Positions 37,284 to 50,335 of a DNA stretch of 64,000 nt are shown in pieces. The notes under the pieces were generated by a model. It was not told the origin of the DNA, did no database searches, and was given only the letters and a program-made list of their open reading frames with translations. The position numbers and the translations under genes are program-made. This DNA is from Octopus vulgaris. Lineage: Eukaryota. Every line of letters starts with the position of its first letter. Position 1 is the first letter of the stretch. The stretch is taken from contig OX597816.1 of assembly GCA_951406725.2 (NCBI GenBank), positions 167,152,001 through 167,216,000 of the forward strand, written 5' to 3'.

Positions 37284-37661
37284 GGTTGAAAGAGCAAGGG
37301 GATGAAATGCTGGTGGTGACAGTGGTGGTGGTGGTGGTGAAAAATTGTAAAGAAGTATAATGTAGATCAGAAGTCAGTGTGGGAAAAGACAAAGTTGACA
37401 GTAGTGGTAGAAGTAAGAGGGAGAGAATTGACACTTGAGATAAGTGGGAGTCAGAAGTGCCCCGGTGGGGGTTTTGGGGGTGGGGGGAAGGTAGAGCAGG
37501 ATGAAGTGCGTGTGTGCACGTGAGTGTGTGTGTGTGTGTGTGTGTGTCATTCTGTGTACATCACAGTTTGTGTGTGATGGAGAATGTGTGTGTGTACATC
37601 TTTGTTATAAGACCAGCATTAAGTGTATGTGTGTGTAATTAATTTAACACCCCTATTCCAT

Positions 37662-37665
<4 letters not shown>

Positions 37666-37699
<34 letters not shown>

Positions 37700-38010
37700 A
37701 TGTATGTATATGTGTGTGTATGTATGTATGTATGTATGTATGTATATGTGTGTGTGTGTGTGTGTGTGTATGCATGTGTGTATATATATGTGTGTGTGTG
37801 TGTATATATATATGTGTGTGTATATATATATGTATATATATATATGTGTGTGTGTGTGTGTATGTGTGTGTATATATATATATATATGTGTATGTATGTA
37901 TATGTGTGTGTGTGTATGTATGTATATATGTGTGTGTGTATGTATGTGTATATATATATATATGTGTGTGTGTATATATATATGTATATATATGTGTGTG
38001 TGTGTGTGTA

Positions 38011-38052
<42 letters not shown>

Positions 38053-38070
38053 TGTGTGTATGTGTGTGTG
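37666..38070. repeat. Compound (TA)/(TG)/(TATG) microsatellite, about 400 bp
   Basis: Directly visible. Explains the four low-complexity ORFs here. Confidence 0.97.
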
Positions 38071-41000
38071 TTTTCTGATTTATATATTATAGTGAGAAGT
38101 GGTGTAAGAGGTGAGAAGTGGGTGTAGGAAGTATTATGACAGTTGGTCAGATACACGGAAGACAATCTGTTTATAACCAACAGAAGCAACAAATAAACTG
38201 TAATTAGTGGTGATAATAATAATAATAAATAATAATAATTTCTTTTATTAGCCCACAGAGACATAAATGAAGGGAATATCACAAGGACAGGCAACAATTT
38301 GTGTAGGGATTCACATAAATGATGGGGAGAGAGAGATTGAAAAAACAGGAAATGCTATAAAAGTATGCAGAGTATGAATGATGCAGCCCTCGAGATTAAA
38401 GGAGAAACTCCAACTAGGGCCAATCAAGGAACCCCACAGATCCAAGATTACCCTGGTCATCAAAGATACGAGTCCTCTCTCCTGTTCGCCAATCTACAGG
38501 TGCATACTTGGAGTCAGTACATTAACCATTTTTTCTACTAGGCACAGGATCAGTGATTTTGAGGGAAGGGGTCGGTTGATTATACAGACCTTGGTATAAG
38601 ACTGGGTATTTATCTTGTGGATCCAGAAAGAATGAAAGGCAAAGCTGACCTTGAGAAGATTTGAACTCGGAACATGAGAATTTGAAAGAAATGCCACGAA
38701 GCATTTGATTTGGTACCTGAATGATTCTGAAAACTCACAAGAATAAGGATTTCAAATTTTGGCACAAAGCCAGCAATTTCTGGGAGAGAGGGTAAGTCAA
38801 TTACATCGATCCAGGAAGAATGAAAGGCCAAGTCGACCTTAGCGGAAATTGAACTCAGAACTTAAAGACAGACAAAACGTTGCTAAGCATTTTGTTGCGT
38901 GGGCTAACGATTCAACCAGTTTATTAATAATAAAATATTGGTTTCAAATTTTGGCACAAGACCAGCAATTGTGTGTGTGTGGGGTACAAGTTTTTATATT
39001 GACCCTAATGAAATCATCTAGCCCTTCCCCACAAACTTTCAGGTCCCCTGCCTATAATAATTATTTTCACCCTCACATCCTCCTAAATATCAGTCTTAGT
39101 TTTTTTTTTCACAAACAAACAAATAATAAAAACTAACATTTTTTTAAAGCCAGCTCCTCCAATACTAACCCCACTTCAGTTGAAGGGTCTGGTCCTGCAA
39201 GTAATTTGGTGACCTCACAGGTGCTGGTGCTACATAAAAAGCATCCAGTACACTCTGTAGTATTTGGTGTTGGGAAGGGCATCCAACTATTGAGACCATA
39301 CTGGAGAAGGCATTGGAGCTAAAAGCAGCTCACTGACTCAGCAAATCTTTGTCAAACTATCCAACCCATGCCAGCATGGAAAAATGGATGTTAAATGAGG
39401 ATATTTTCTTAAACCAGCAGGATGCCCTCACCTGTTTCCAGGCAAGACCTCATGGCCAGATGTGTTCTGACAGAATACTGGAAATGAGTGACACTGCTTG
39501 TTTGCCAGTAGATATCATTTGCAGCTATTATGTGATGCCATAAGAAGACACAAGCATGCTCAGATACACACACAATAGGCTTTCTTCTGTTTCCATCTAC
39601 CAAATTTATTCACAACGGATTTGTGAACCTGGGGCTATAGTAGAAGATATTTGCCCAAGGTACTTACTATTCAGTGGGACTGAACCTGAAACCATGTGGT
39701 TAGGAAGCAATCTTCTTAACTACACAACCGCGTCTACACATTGTGGATTTGAGTAAACCAAGCAAAATGTTAAATCAAATGCTGTTGGCAAAGCAGCTGC
39801 AACTAAATGCATCACTGAAAAACTCAAAGCAATGCTCTCAAGAAGGACAAAATGCAACAAAGATGCCATGTTAGGTTGTTGTAAAAAAAAAAAAAAAAGC
39901 TTGCAATAAGCACCAAAACATTTTATAAATTAGGCAGAAAAAAAAAGGCAAAGCTTAAAATTGGAGAAAAGAAAGGCAAAAAGATGGTAATGGAATTCAT
40001 TACCTCCGCAATGGAATGAGATGTAGGGGATAAAAAAGAGAAGTAGTTCTCAGCAGGAATTGAATTCTGAGACTAGGTGAACCCTTTTACAATCAAATTG
40101 ACAGAGAGTTCCCCTGGTTTATGATGCAAACTTCTCCCACTCTTTGATGGCATTGTATTTTATCAGAAATTATAAGAGACTAGAAAAACTGCCCAATATT
40201 ATTTAGTTCTTTATACTCTGTAAATTTTCTTTTCCAGCCCTTAAAGACCAACTGCATAAGTACCAGTAATACACGGTGGTTCATCCAAATGACCATACCC
40301 TTTCCTCCCCATTCGTATACGTAGCCTAAATTTTTCTAGAGCAGCCATTGTAGTAATCAGTTATGTCCCTTTACCGAGGAGATGGCAATGTTTAGTTATG
40401 TCCCTTTATAGTGTTTAAAAATTCTGCCAGGGTCGGTTATTTTTACCTTCCGTTGTACAGGAGTTAATAAGTAAGTACCAGCAAAATATGAGGAATCGAT
40501 GTAATCATATCCTCCTACTAAATCTGTGGCCTTGTGCCTACGTCAGAAACAATCATTACAAGTTCATAGTACCAGCACCAGCTTATGAAAGCAGTGTTTC
40601 TTGATGATGAAATAACTGTGGGTGTGATGATGCATCCGACCCATGTTGACACGGAAAACAGAGGTAAAATGATGATTATAATTAGTAGGGAGGTAGACTA
40701 GCAGAATTGTGTTAGCATGGCCTATTTCTTCCAGCTCTTTATGTTCTGAGTTCAAAACCCACTGAGGCTGACTTAGTCTTTCATCCTTTTCGGGGGTTGA
40801 TGCAATAAATACCAGCTGATGTAGTCAACTATCTCCCATCCCCAAAATTACAGGCCTTGTGCTTATAATAGAAAGGATTATCATTATCAGTGATTAATTG
40901 ATATTACAACAACCAATATAAATTTCGTTTGTTTTCTCCAGCTACACTTGACATCATATAAAGGGAGAGAGAGTAAAAGAGAGATGCAGAAATTTAACAT

Positions 41001-42585
41001 AAGAGGGGCAGGATGAGTGGGGATAGAAAATAGAATCATAGAGACAGAAAAGGAGGAGGAGGAGAGAGAGTGATATTAGTTATGGGAAGAAGAATTATTT
41101 TAGGGTAATATTTGTGTTTTCCAAAAATTAGTTTTCATTTCATCATTTTGTATAATAAACACCAAAAAATTTTGGCTAAAATTTAATTATAATTATTGTA
41201 CATATGCCACATTTCCTGATATTACCCCATGGTGGTAAAAGCTTACTCCTCAAGTTGCCCAACATAAGATGCATAAGCTCTAATTATTTAATAATAATAA
41301 TATTGGCTTCAATCTTGGAACAAGGCCAGCAATTGCAGGGGAGGGGATATGTTGATTACATCGAACCTAGGGCTCACATTATCATCGTTTAATGTCCGCT
41401 TTCCATGCTGGCATGGGTTGGACGGTTTGGCTGAGGACTGGCAAAGTTTCTACAGCTGGATGCCCTTCCTAATGCCAACCACTCAGAGTGTAGTGGGTGC
41501 TTTTTATGTGCCACCAGCACGAGGGGCCAGTCAGGCGGCACTCTCAATTCGAACTTATTTTAGTGACCTTGAAAAGATGAAAGGCAAAGTCAACCATGGT
41601 GGAATTTGAACTCAGACCGTAAAGACATGAAATGCTTCTAAGCATTTAGCCTGACAGGCTAACACTTTGGCCAGCTCAAGACTTAATAATAATAATGATA
41701 TGGATTTCAAATTTTGGCACAAGGCCAGCAAGTTTGAGGAAGGGAATGAGTTGATTACATCAACCCCAGTACTTATTTTTTCAACCCCGAAAGGGATGAA
41801 AGGCAACGTCAACCGTGGTGGAATTTGAACTCACAATGTAAAGACAGATGAAATGCTGCTAAGTATTTTACACACACACATATATATATATATTAAGTGT
41901 ATGTGTGTGTGTAATTAATTTAACATCCCTATTCAATTCTGATATATATATATATATATCAGAATGGAATAGGGATGTTAAATTAATTACACACGCACAT
42001 ACACTTAATGCTGGTCTTATAACAAAGATGTACACACACATGCTAAGGATTCTGCCAGCTTGCTGCCTTAAAAACAACAACAATAATAATAATAAAGACT
42101 TATTTTCTAAAATTGTAGGGAGAGTTGGAGAAAGAATGACAAAAATTCAAAAAAACTAGGACTGAAAAGATACAATAACATAGGACAAAACGATTGAGTG
42201 ACTGTGATTTATCAAGATTGATGAAGTGTTGGATGTGTTTAGGGGTAGGGGGAGGTTAGGGATAAACTAAACTACAGATCAATATTGAAGAAATCAATCA
42301 CAAATATCACTGTTTATCCAGGTATCACATGGCGGTGTGAGTGTGTCTGTTCTATAAAAGCTGTATATGCAGGTATGCACAGGTGTGCATACACGATGAT
42401 GGTGATTGATGTATTGCAATCATGTGACTTATGTGCAGATTCCATTGCATTGTGCATGATTAAGTCAACAATTTATATGTGTGTATGTGTGTGTGTGAAC
42501 ATACATATCTGTATGCATGCATGTGTATAGATGTGTATGTGCATGCATCTGTATGCATTTACATGTGCTCTCATATGAATTATGC

Positions 42586-42641
<56 letters not shown>

Positions 42642-42678
42642 ACATGCATGCATTGATGCGTGAACTGACACGTCGTAC

Positions 42679-42831
42679 CTGTGGAGCTGAAAGGTTAGTG
42701 TCAGGGGTGGTGTTGCTGATGTCCTTCTCGCTGTACACCGTCCGTAGTTGACTCATTAAATCAATGTTGTTCTGGTGCATTTGGACCAGTTCCTCAGCAG
42801 TGTGTTCAAGTCTCTTCTGTAAAGTCTCCAC
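42679..42831 (-). CDS. MPRIP: MPRIP/outspread-like exon, 153 nt VETLQKRLEHTAEEL...SAPQ
   Basis: cttcag acceptor, CAG|gtacga donor, phase 0-0. Continues the LLETE|VETL coiled-coil start. Confidence 0.88.
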
Positions 42832-43926
42832 CTGAAGTACAAGCAGCACACCAACTATCACAATCCAATCCAACACAGCCAAGCCCAGGGCCACCCCTAG
42901 TCACAGACACTAATCAACAGTCTCGTTTAATAATTTCCAAAGTTTTTATGATAAACTTAGCAAGAACTCAATTTTCTGGTTTTCCTTCATTTTATGAAAT
43001 AGTTATACAATGTTTAAATACTTTACACTGTTCAGTTCAGTGTTGACACAAGTTTAATCGACATTTACAAACACAGAGCAGTGTGAGTGTGTGTGTGTGT
43101 GAGAGAGAGGGAGAGAGAGGGAGAAAGAAAGAAAAAGAAAATGAAAGAGTATGTGTGTGTGTTTTGATTAAAGTGTTTCCATATTGAGAAGTTTTCTTAT
43201 TTTGACAACTAATCAAAAGAGAAAAAAATTTAACCAAATAAAATGCAAGGGTCCTATATCTCCTATGCACCAAGAAACCTTTTCTAGCCACTTTTTTCAT
43301 ACTTTAGCCTGGTATAAAATTATTGTAGTCTGTGAAAAAAATGTCTGGCAAAAGGGTTAAACTGGAAAGGTCACAGTATTCAAGACCCCCCCAAATATAC
43401 ATACCCTCTCTATTACAGTCCCTCAATCAAAAAGATTTTCATCTTGTGAGCTATATGGTGACTTCCTACTGTTGGCATCACAAACAAAAGCAGACAGTCC
43501 ACTCTGTAAAGTGGTTGGCATTAGGAAAGGGATCCTTACCAAATCTAATCAAGCCAGAATTGAGTCGTCGGAGCACCACACAGACACTGGACAAATCAAA
43601 TCCTGTCAAACTTATTCCATTCCAAGGCAGAACAGTATATAGACATTAACCCTTTTGTTACCATATTTGTGGAAATTCACTGCCTTTGTTTCAAATAATT
43701 TTGAAAATGAAGAATTTAGTAAAATAACTGTCATTATCAAGCTGATGCTTGGAATATAAATTAACATGGAATTTTGATGGAAGATTTTCATTTAGATAAT
43801 TTTAAAACCAGAATCTTGTATCATTGAATAAAGAAATAAATCTGCTATATTTGTAAAATTAGGGAGAAAAAACAATTTTTTAAAAATTTGAAGGGGAAAC
43901 AATTTCATAATAAAACTACTACTGTA

Positions 43927-44117
43927 CAGTAATTCCTCGACTATCATGGGTGTTATGTTCCAAAATCCCTCCACAATAGGTGAAAATCCATGAAGTACAA
44001 ATGGTATTGTACTGTATATTTTTTTTTATTATAAATGCAAAACAACACCATGGAGAATTGACATAAGCTTAAATAATAAACTGTGATAGGTGAACGCGAT
44101 ATGGCGAGGGATTACTG
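43927..44117. mobile_element. Tigger/pogo-like MITE, 191 bp
   Basis: TA-cagtaattcctcgactatc ... gatatggcgagggattactg-TA. Confidence 0.85.
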
Positions 44118-45255
44118 TATGTACAAGCATGGCCGTGTGGTTTAGAAGCTTTGCAATCCCATGGTTTTGGGTTCAGTCCAACTGCACAGCAACTTGGGCA
44201 AGTGTCTACTACAGCTGTGGACTGCCTGAAGCCTTGTGAGTGAATTTTGTTAGAGAGAAACAGTGTGGAAGCCAATCGTGTGTGTGTAAAACTGGCACTT
44301 CTTTACTTACAATGAGTGTTACAGTTGATCCAATCAACATAACCTGCTGGTGAAATTAACATGAAAGTGGCTGAGTACTCCACAGACACGTGTGCCTTTA
44401 ACGTAGTTCTCAAGGAGGTTCAAGCAATGACATAGAATGTGACAAGACTGGCCCTTTTGAATTACAGATACAACTCTTATTCGCCAGCTGAGTGGAGCAA
44501 CGTGAAATAAAAAAATCTTGCTCAAGGTCACAACACGCCATCAGGTATTGAACTCACAACCATATGATCTTCAGCTGAATACCCTAACCACATAACCATG
44601 CACCTTCACTGTGTGTGTGTGTGTGTGTGCGCGCGATTGTGTTTCCCACCACTGCCAGACGACTGGTGTTGGTTTATTTATGTTCCTGTAACTTAGCATA
44701 CCAGCATGGGTTGGATGACAACAATGACAATGTACATGTGTGTGTGTGTGTCATGCATTTTCCACCACTGCCAGACAACTGGTGTTGGTTTATTTGTGTT
44801 CCTGTAACTTAGTAGTTCAGCTCCCATAAAAAAATAAGGACTAGGAGCAATTAAACCCTTTAAGGCAGTGTCCCAAACATGGCTGCAGTCCAATGATTGA
44901 AACAAGTTAAAAGATAGTGCAAAGAAAGAAAAAAAAGAAAATAGTGAAATAAAACCGAATTAATGAGACTAATAAACATCTCCAAATGGAAGTCTTTGAG
45001 TTTGCAGCAGCATGATTGGCTGGTTTCAGGGAGATCTGAATAGAAGTGGTTGTAGTGAGAGAAATAACATATAAGATGTCACAGGACACTTGAATGGAGA
45101 CAGCAATTTCATTGCGTCAATAAGAAAAAAAAAGAATATATAAGAGACCTATTTACAAAATACAATGGAGGTGAATGGAAATTAAAAATAAATAAATCAA
45201 TGACTCATGAGTAAAGACATGGATGATTTTTACTGAGTAACACATACAGGATATG

Positions 45256-45295
<40 letters not shown>

Positions 45296-45298
<3 letters not shown>

Positions 45299-45550
45299 TC
45301 ATCATCGTTTAACGTCCGCTTTCCATGCTAGCATGGGTTGGACGGTTCAACTGGGGTCTGGCGAGCCCGAAGGCTGCACCAGGCCAGTCAGATCTGGCAG
45401 TGTTTCTACAGCTGGATGCCCTTCCTAACGCCAACCACTCCGAGAGTGTAGTGGGTGATTTTATGTGCCACCGACACAGGTGCCAGACGGGGCTGGCAGA
45501 CGGCCACGCTCGGATGGTGTTTTTTATGTGCCACTGACACAGGTGGCAGA

Positions 45551-45600
<50 letters not shown>

Positions 45601-45972
45601 GACTGCAGCCATGCTGGAGCACTGCCTTTAGTCGAGCAAATCAACCTCAGGAGTTATTCTTTGTAAACCCAGTACTTATTCTATTGGTCTCTTTTACCGA
45701 ACCGCCAGGTTACGGAGATGTAAAAACACCACTATTGGTTGTCAAGTGATGTGGGGACAAACAGACACAAATACATGTATCTATCTATCCATCCATATAT
45801 ATATATATATACGATGGCCTCTTTCAGTTTCTGTCTACCAAATCCACTCACAAGGCTTTGGTCGGCCCGAGGCTTATAGCAGACACCTGGCCAAGGTGCC
45901 ACACAGTGAGACTGAACCCAGAACCATGTGATTGGTAAGCAAGCTACTAACCACACATCCACTCCTGCACCT
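45296..45972 (-). mobile_element. (GAT)n-tailed aggaagggcatccagc SINE (45296-45552) and CORE-type SINE (45600-45972) separated by (TA)n
   Basis: Family matches to 53015-53190 and 48586-48997. Confidence 0.8.
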
Positions 45973-48585
45973 ATATATTATATATATATATATATATCAT
46001 CATCATTTAATGTCCATTGTCCATGCTGGCAAGGGTTGGATGGTTTGACCAGAGGTGGCAAGCTGGAAGGTTACACCAGACTCCAGTCTGATTTGGCATG
46101 GTTTCTACAGCTGGATGTACTTAACATCAACTACTCTGAGAGTGTAATGGGTACTCTCATGTGCCATCGGCATGGGTGCCATTTGCATGACACTGGTATC
46201 TCTCATGACTGGTTTTGCTGGGCTTGATACATCTTCTTCACAAGCATGACAATGCCAAAGGTCTTGGTCATTGCCTCCATGAGGCTGGACACTTGTAAGG
46301 AGCTCAGCCATTTTGCCCCCATGAAGCCTAACACTTGGAAAGTGCTTTTTACATGTCACGCATAAATATATGTTTGTGTGTGTGTATATATATATATATA
46401 TACACATACATAAATAAATAAATATAAAGACACACACATATACACACAAAGATATATATATATATACACACACACACAGACACATAAGCACACATAGAGA
46501 GATTTGGTGATGTAAAAAGGAAAAATTGAACGCAAAAAAACATGACTACATTATTTATCAATATTTAACAGAAGCAACAGATTGACTCAAAGGCTGAAAA
46601 TTTCATGCACTAATTTGATAAGTGTTAACACATAAAACTCTTGGACCTCGAGTCACGGTGTTGCTTCTGCTAAATATATATATATGTATATATATATATT
46701 TATCTAAAAACACAGATTTACTGCATAAAACTAACAAATACTGGTTTTGGAGCTGCTACTACTGAGTTACATGCAGGAGTTATATATATATATACATATT
46801 TAGAACAGAAAGTTAACATTACAGGAAGTATTATTGTTGTTGCTACTACTACTACTACTACTACTACTACTAATAATAATAATAATAATAATGATAGTAA
46901 AACTGCTGCTACAGGTACTGCTATGCTATTTTTATTGATACTTGAAGAGGCTAAGTGAAAATGGATTGAAACAGAACCACAAAAGCCCTTTCAAATCCTG
47001 CCTTCATTTTAGCTGAATGCAAACAAGCAGGGATACATATATTTATTAGTGGGGGTGTCTTGAGTACTGTAACGATTTCAGTTTAACTCTTTAGCCAGAC
47101 AGGTTTCCACAGAAGACTGATCATGAACCATACTTGCTTGTATGACATTGACACTTGCTTATGACTATCGTACAATGTCAAGAGAAGTGTGCATGTATAC
47201 ACACACACAATTACATATGACAGGCTTCTTTAAGTTTCTGACAATGAAATCCACTCATAAGGATTGCCAGTCTAGGGCTATACTAGTAGACTCTGGCCCA
47301 AGGTGTCACATAGTGGGGACTGAACTCAAAGCCATGTGGTCAGCAAACAGGCTAGTTAATCCCACAGCCATGCCTGCACCTGTGTGTATGCAAGAAATTA
47401 TTATTATTAGAGTCATTCAAACATAAGGTTTTCATACAGAGTTCCATAAAATATTGGTCTCAAGTTCTGTCACAAGGCCAGCATTTCAGGACTTATTGGA
47501 ACTTATTCAATTGATCTCCGAAAGGATGAAGGGCAAAGTCAACCTTGACAGAATTTGAACTCAGAAAGATAGACAAAATGCCCCTAAGTAATTTAGCCAG
47601 CAAGCCACCTTAGTTCCATTAAAATAATATATCATAGACATAGTATTCCAAACCTTCATCCCAACTGTACAAAAACTGTCACATTTTGAAGGCAAAAAAG
47701 AATGTTTTGTGATACCTCTTTGCTAAAGTACCTAACATGTAGACAACTACATACAGCTGGATACCCTTCTTGTCACCTGCTTTCACCTGTTTCCAAGAAA
47801 GAGAATATTTCCCCAGAGAAGACTAGAAACGAAGAACATTACTTGTGTGAGGGTGGTGCTCACTTACGACCATCACAAGCTGTTTAGACAAGAGGACACA
47901 TGAATACAACTCCCATTTCTCTTTAGACACACATGACTGCACTAGTGTAGTGGGGGACAACAGGGGCAGTCTGCCCCGGGTGGCACTTTTAAAGGGGCAC
48001 CACTTTTGTGGCTGCTGTAGGAAATGTTTTTTTGTGGGGTCCAGGGGCGACAAATGGAAGGGCTGCCCCAAGTGGCACACACTCTAGCCACACTAGTGCA
48101 TAATTAACAACCTAGATACACCTACGTCAACTACAAACTTGCTACTGGAATAGGCCATGATATCACAAAACATGACTTAAAAATGACTTAACAGATCCTA
48201 TTGAGTGGTGCTATTAAGTTAGACCCAGTAAAAGACATTTGCCAACTGCTGTGCAGAGGAAATGAACCTGAAACCTCGAAGTTGCAAAGTGAGCTTCTTA
48301 ACTACAAAGCCATGACTGCATCTACTAAACATCTCAAATATGCAGATATCCTCTTCCTTATAGTTTGCCATAGAATATAACTTTTTTCAAGAATGTATCA
48401 GGTTAAAAAAGGATAAAGCTCTTTCCCGAGTCCTATAGACTCATAAAGCTGGCTTCCTGGTTTCTGTGGTGCATATATTACCCCTGGATGGGACGCCAGT
48501 CAATTGCAGGATTAACTAATTTTTGACAGTGGAGTAGGTTGGAGCAATGTAAAATGAAGTGTCTTGCTCAAGAATACAACACATT

Positions 48586-48997
48586 GGTGCAGGAGTGGCT
48601 ATGTGGTAAGTAGTTTGCTTACCAACCACATAGTTCCAGGTTCAGTCCCACTGCATGGCACCTTGGGCAAGTGTCTTCTACCATAGCCTTGGGCTGACCA
48701 AAGCCTTGTGAGTGGATTTGGTAGACGGAAACTGAAAGAAGCCTGTCGTGTATGTGTATATATATAGATGTGTATATGTTTGTGTGTCTGTGTTTGTCCC
48801 CCCCCCCCCCCAACATTGCTTGACAACCGATGCTGGCGTGTTTACGTCCCCGTAACTTAGCAGTTTGGCAAAAGAGACCGATAGAATAAGTACTAGGCTT
48901 ACAAAGAATAAGTCCTGGGGTCGATTTGCTCGACTAAAAGGCAGTGCTCCAGCATGGTTGCAGTCAAATGACTGAAACAAGTAAAAGAATAAAGAGT
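48586..48997 (+). mobile_element. Full-length CORE-type (OR2-like) SINE inserted into a minus-strand V-domain SINE
   Basis: ggtgcaggagtggct head, B-box ggttcagtccc, CORE-like ccttgggcaagtg and gtaaaaga tail. The host SINE continues at 48998-49070. Confidence 0.9.
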
Positions 48998-49899
48998 ATT
49001 GCCTGGTCCAGGAATTGAAACCACAATCTTATGATTGGGAGTCCAACACCCTAACCCATGTGCCTCCGCCTATATTAAACTAAAGTCACTGACTAAAAAG
49101 AATCAGTAAAAATATCAAGTATTTTACAGTATTCCTGTTCAGCACCATTTGACCAATGTAAGACCTTGAGGTCCATCGGTTCTGATGAGTGTTCCAGTTG
49201 ATCTGATAAACAGAACAGCCAGTTCGTGAAATTAATGTACAAGTGGTGCAGGAGTGGCTGTGTGGTAAGACGCTTGCTTCCCAACAACATGGTTCCAGGT
49301 TCAGTCCCACTGCGTGGCACCTTGGGCAAGTGTCTTCTACTATAGACTCAGGCCGACCAAAGCCTTGTGAGCAGATTTGGTAAATGGAAACTGAAAGAAA
49401 CCCATCATGTATATGTATGTGTGTGTCCTCAACATTGCTTGACAATACACGTGTATATATACCTAACGGTTTGGCAAAAGAAACTAATAGAATAAGTACT
49501 AGGCTTACAAAGAATAAGTCATGGGGTCGATTTGACTACAAGCGGTGCTCCAGCATGGCCACAGTCAAAATGACCAAAACAAATAAAAGAATAACTGCAA
49601 ACCAGTTTGTAATTCATTTCTAACCTTATTAATATTAACTGCATGGAGTTAAAATAAACAATTATGTGAAACTTTGTTAACCAAAAACTTTTGATGGTTT
49701 GAAGTAAAAGAAAATATTTTCTTTTGGGCTGCTTAACACCGAGACTGAGTTGTGTGAAAAGTGGAAACGATTGGCAGAGAGAGTTTTGCTAGTAATCCTG
49801 TAGGAAGAGTTTAAAGTCAACACTGGCTGGACTTTAATAGTACGATACAAAGAGAGGGAGAGATGGTAGGAAATGTGCTGTAGTTAGAGATATAAGCAG

Positions 49900-50335
49900 C
49901 AGGGTGAGGAGGAGGAGAGAGAGAGGGGGGGGGAGGAGAGAGAGGTGAGGAGGAAAAAGGAGAGAGAGAGAGCGAGGGCGAGAAGAGAGAGCGAGGGCGA
50001 GGAGAGAGAGCGAGGGCGAGGAGAGAGAGTGAGGGCAAGGGTGAGGAGGAGGAGAGAGAGCGAGGGCGAGGAGAGAGAGTGAGGAGGAGGAGAGAGAGAG
50101 AGCAAGGAGGAGAGAGAGCGAGGAGGAGGAGGGAGGGAGGAGGAGGAGGAGCGAGGGCGAGGAGAAGAGAGAGGGGGGGAGGAGGAGAGAGAGAGAGAGA
50201 GAGAGGGGGCGAGGAGAAGAGAGAGAGAGAGGGGGGCGAGGAGGAGAAGAGAGAGAGAGGGAGCGAGGAGGAGAAGAGAGAGAGGGTGAGGAGGAGGAGA
50301 GAGAGGGGCGAGGATGAGGAGGGAAAGGAGAGAAA
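49900..50335. repeat. Polypurine (GA/GGA/GAGGGC) low-complexity tract
   Basis: About 435 bp almost entirely G/A on the plus strand, with recurring gagcgagggcgaggaga units. Confidence 0.95.

Noticed and set aside
37623-38297. Four long ORFs of 132-214 aa
   Set aside because: Translations of TA/TG microsatellite.
44960-45040. Good acceptor (ttctattcag) opening ISLKPANHAAANSK
   Set aside because: No convincing in-frame donor follows.
48586-48660. tRNA gene-like A/B boxes here and at other SINE heads
   Set aside because: No complete cloverleaf, and each continues into a SINE body.
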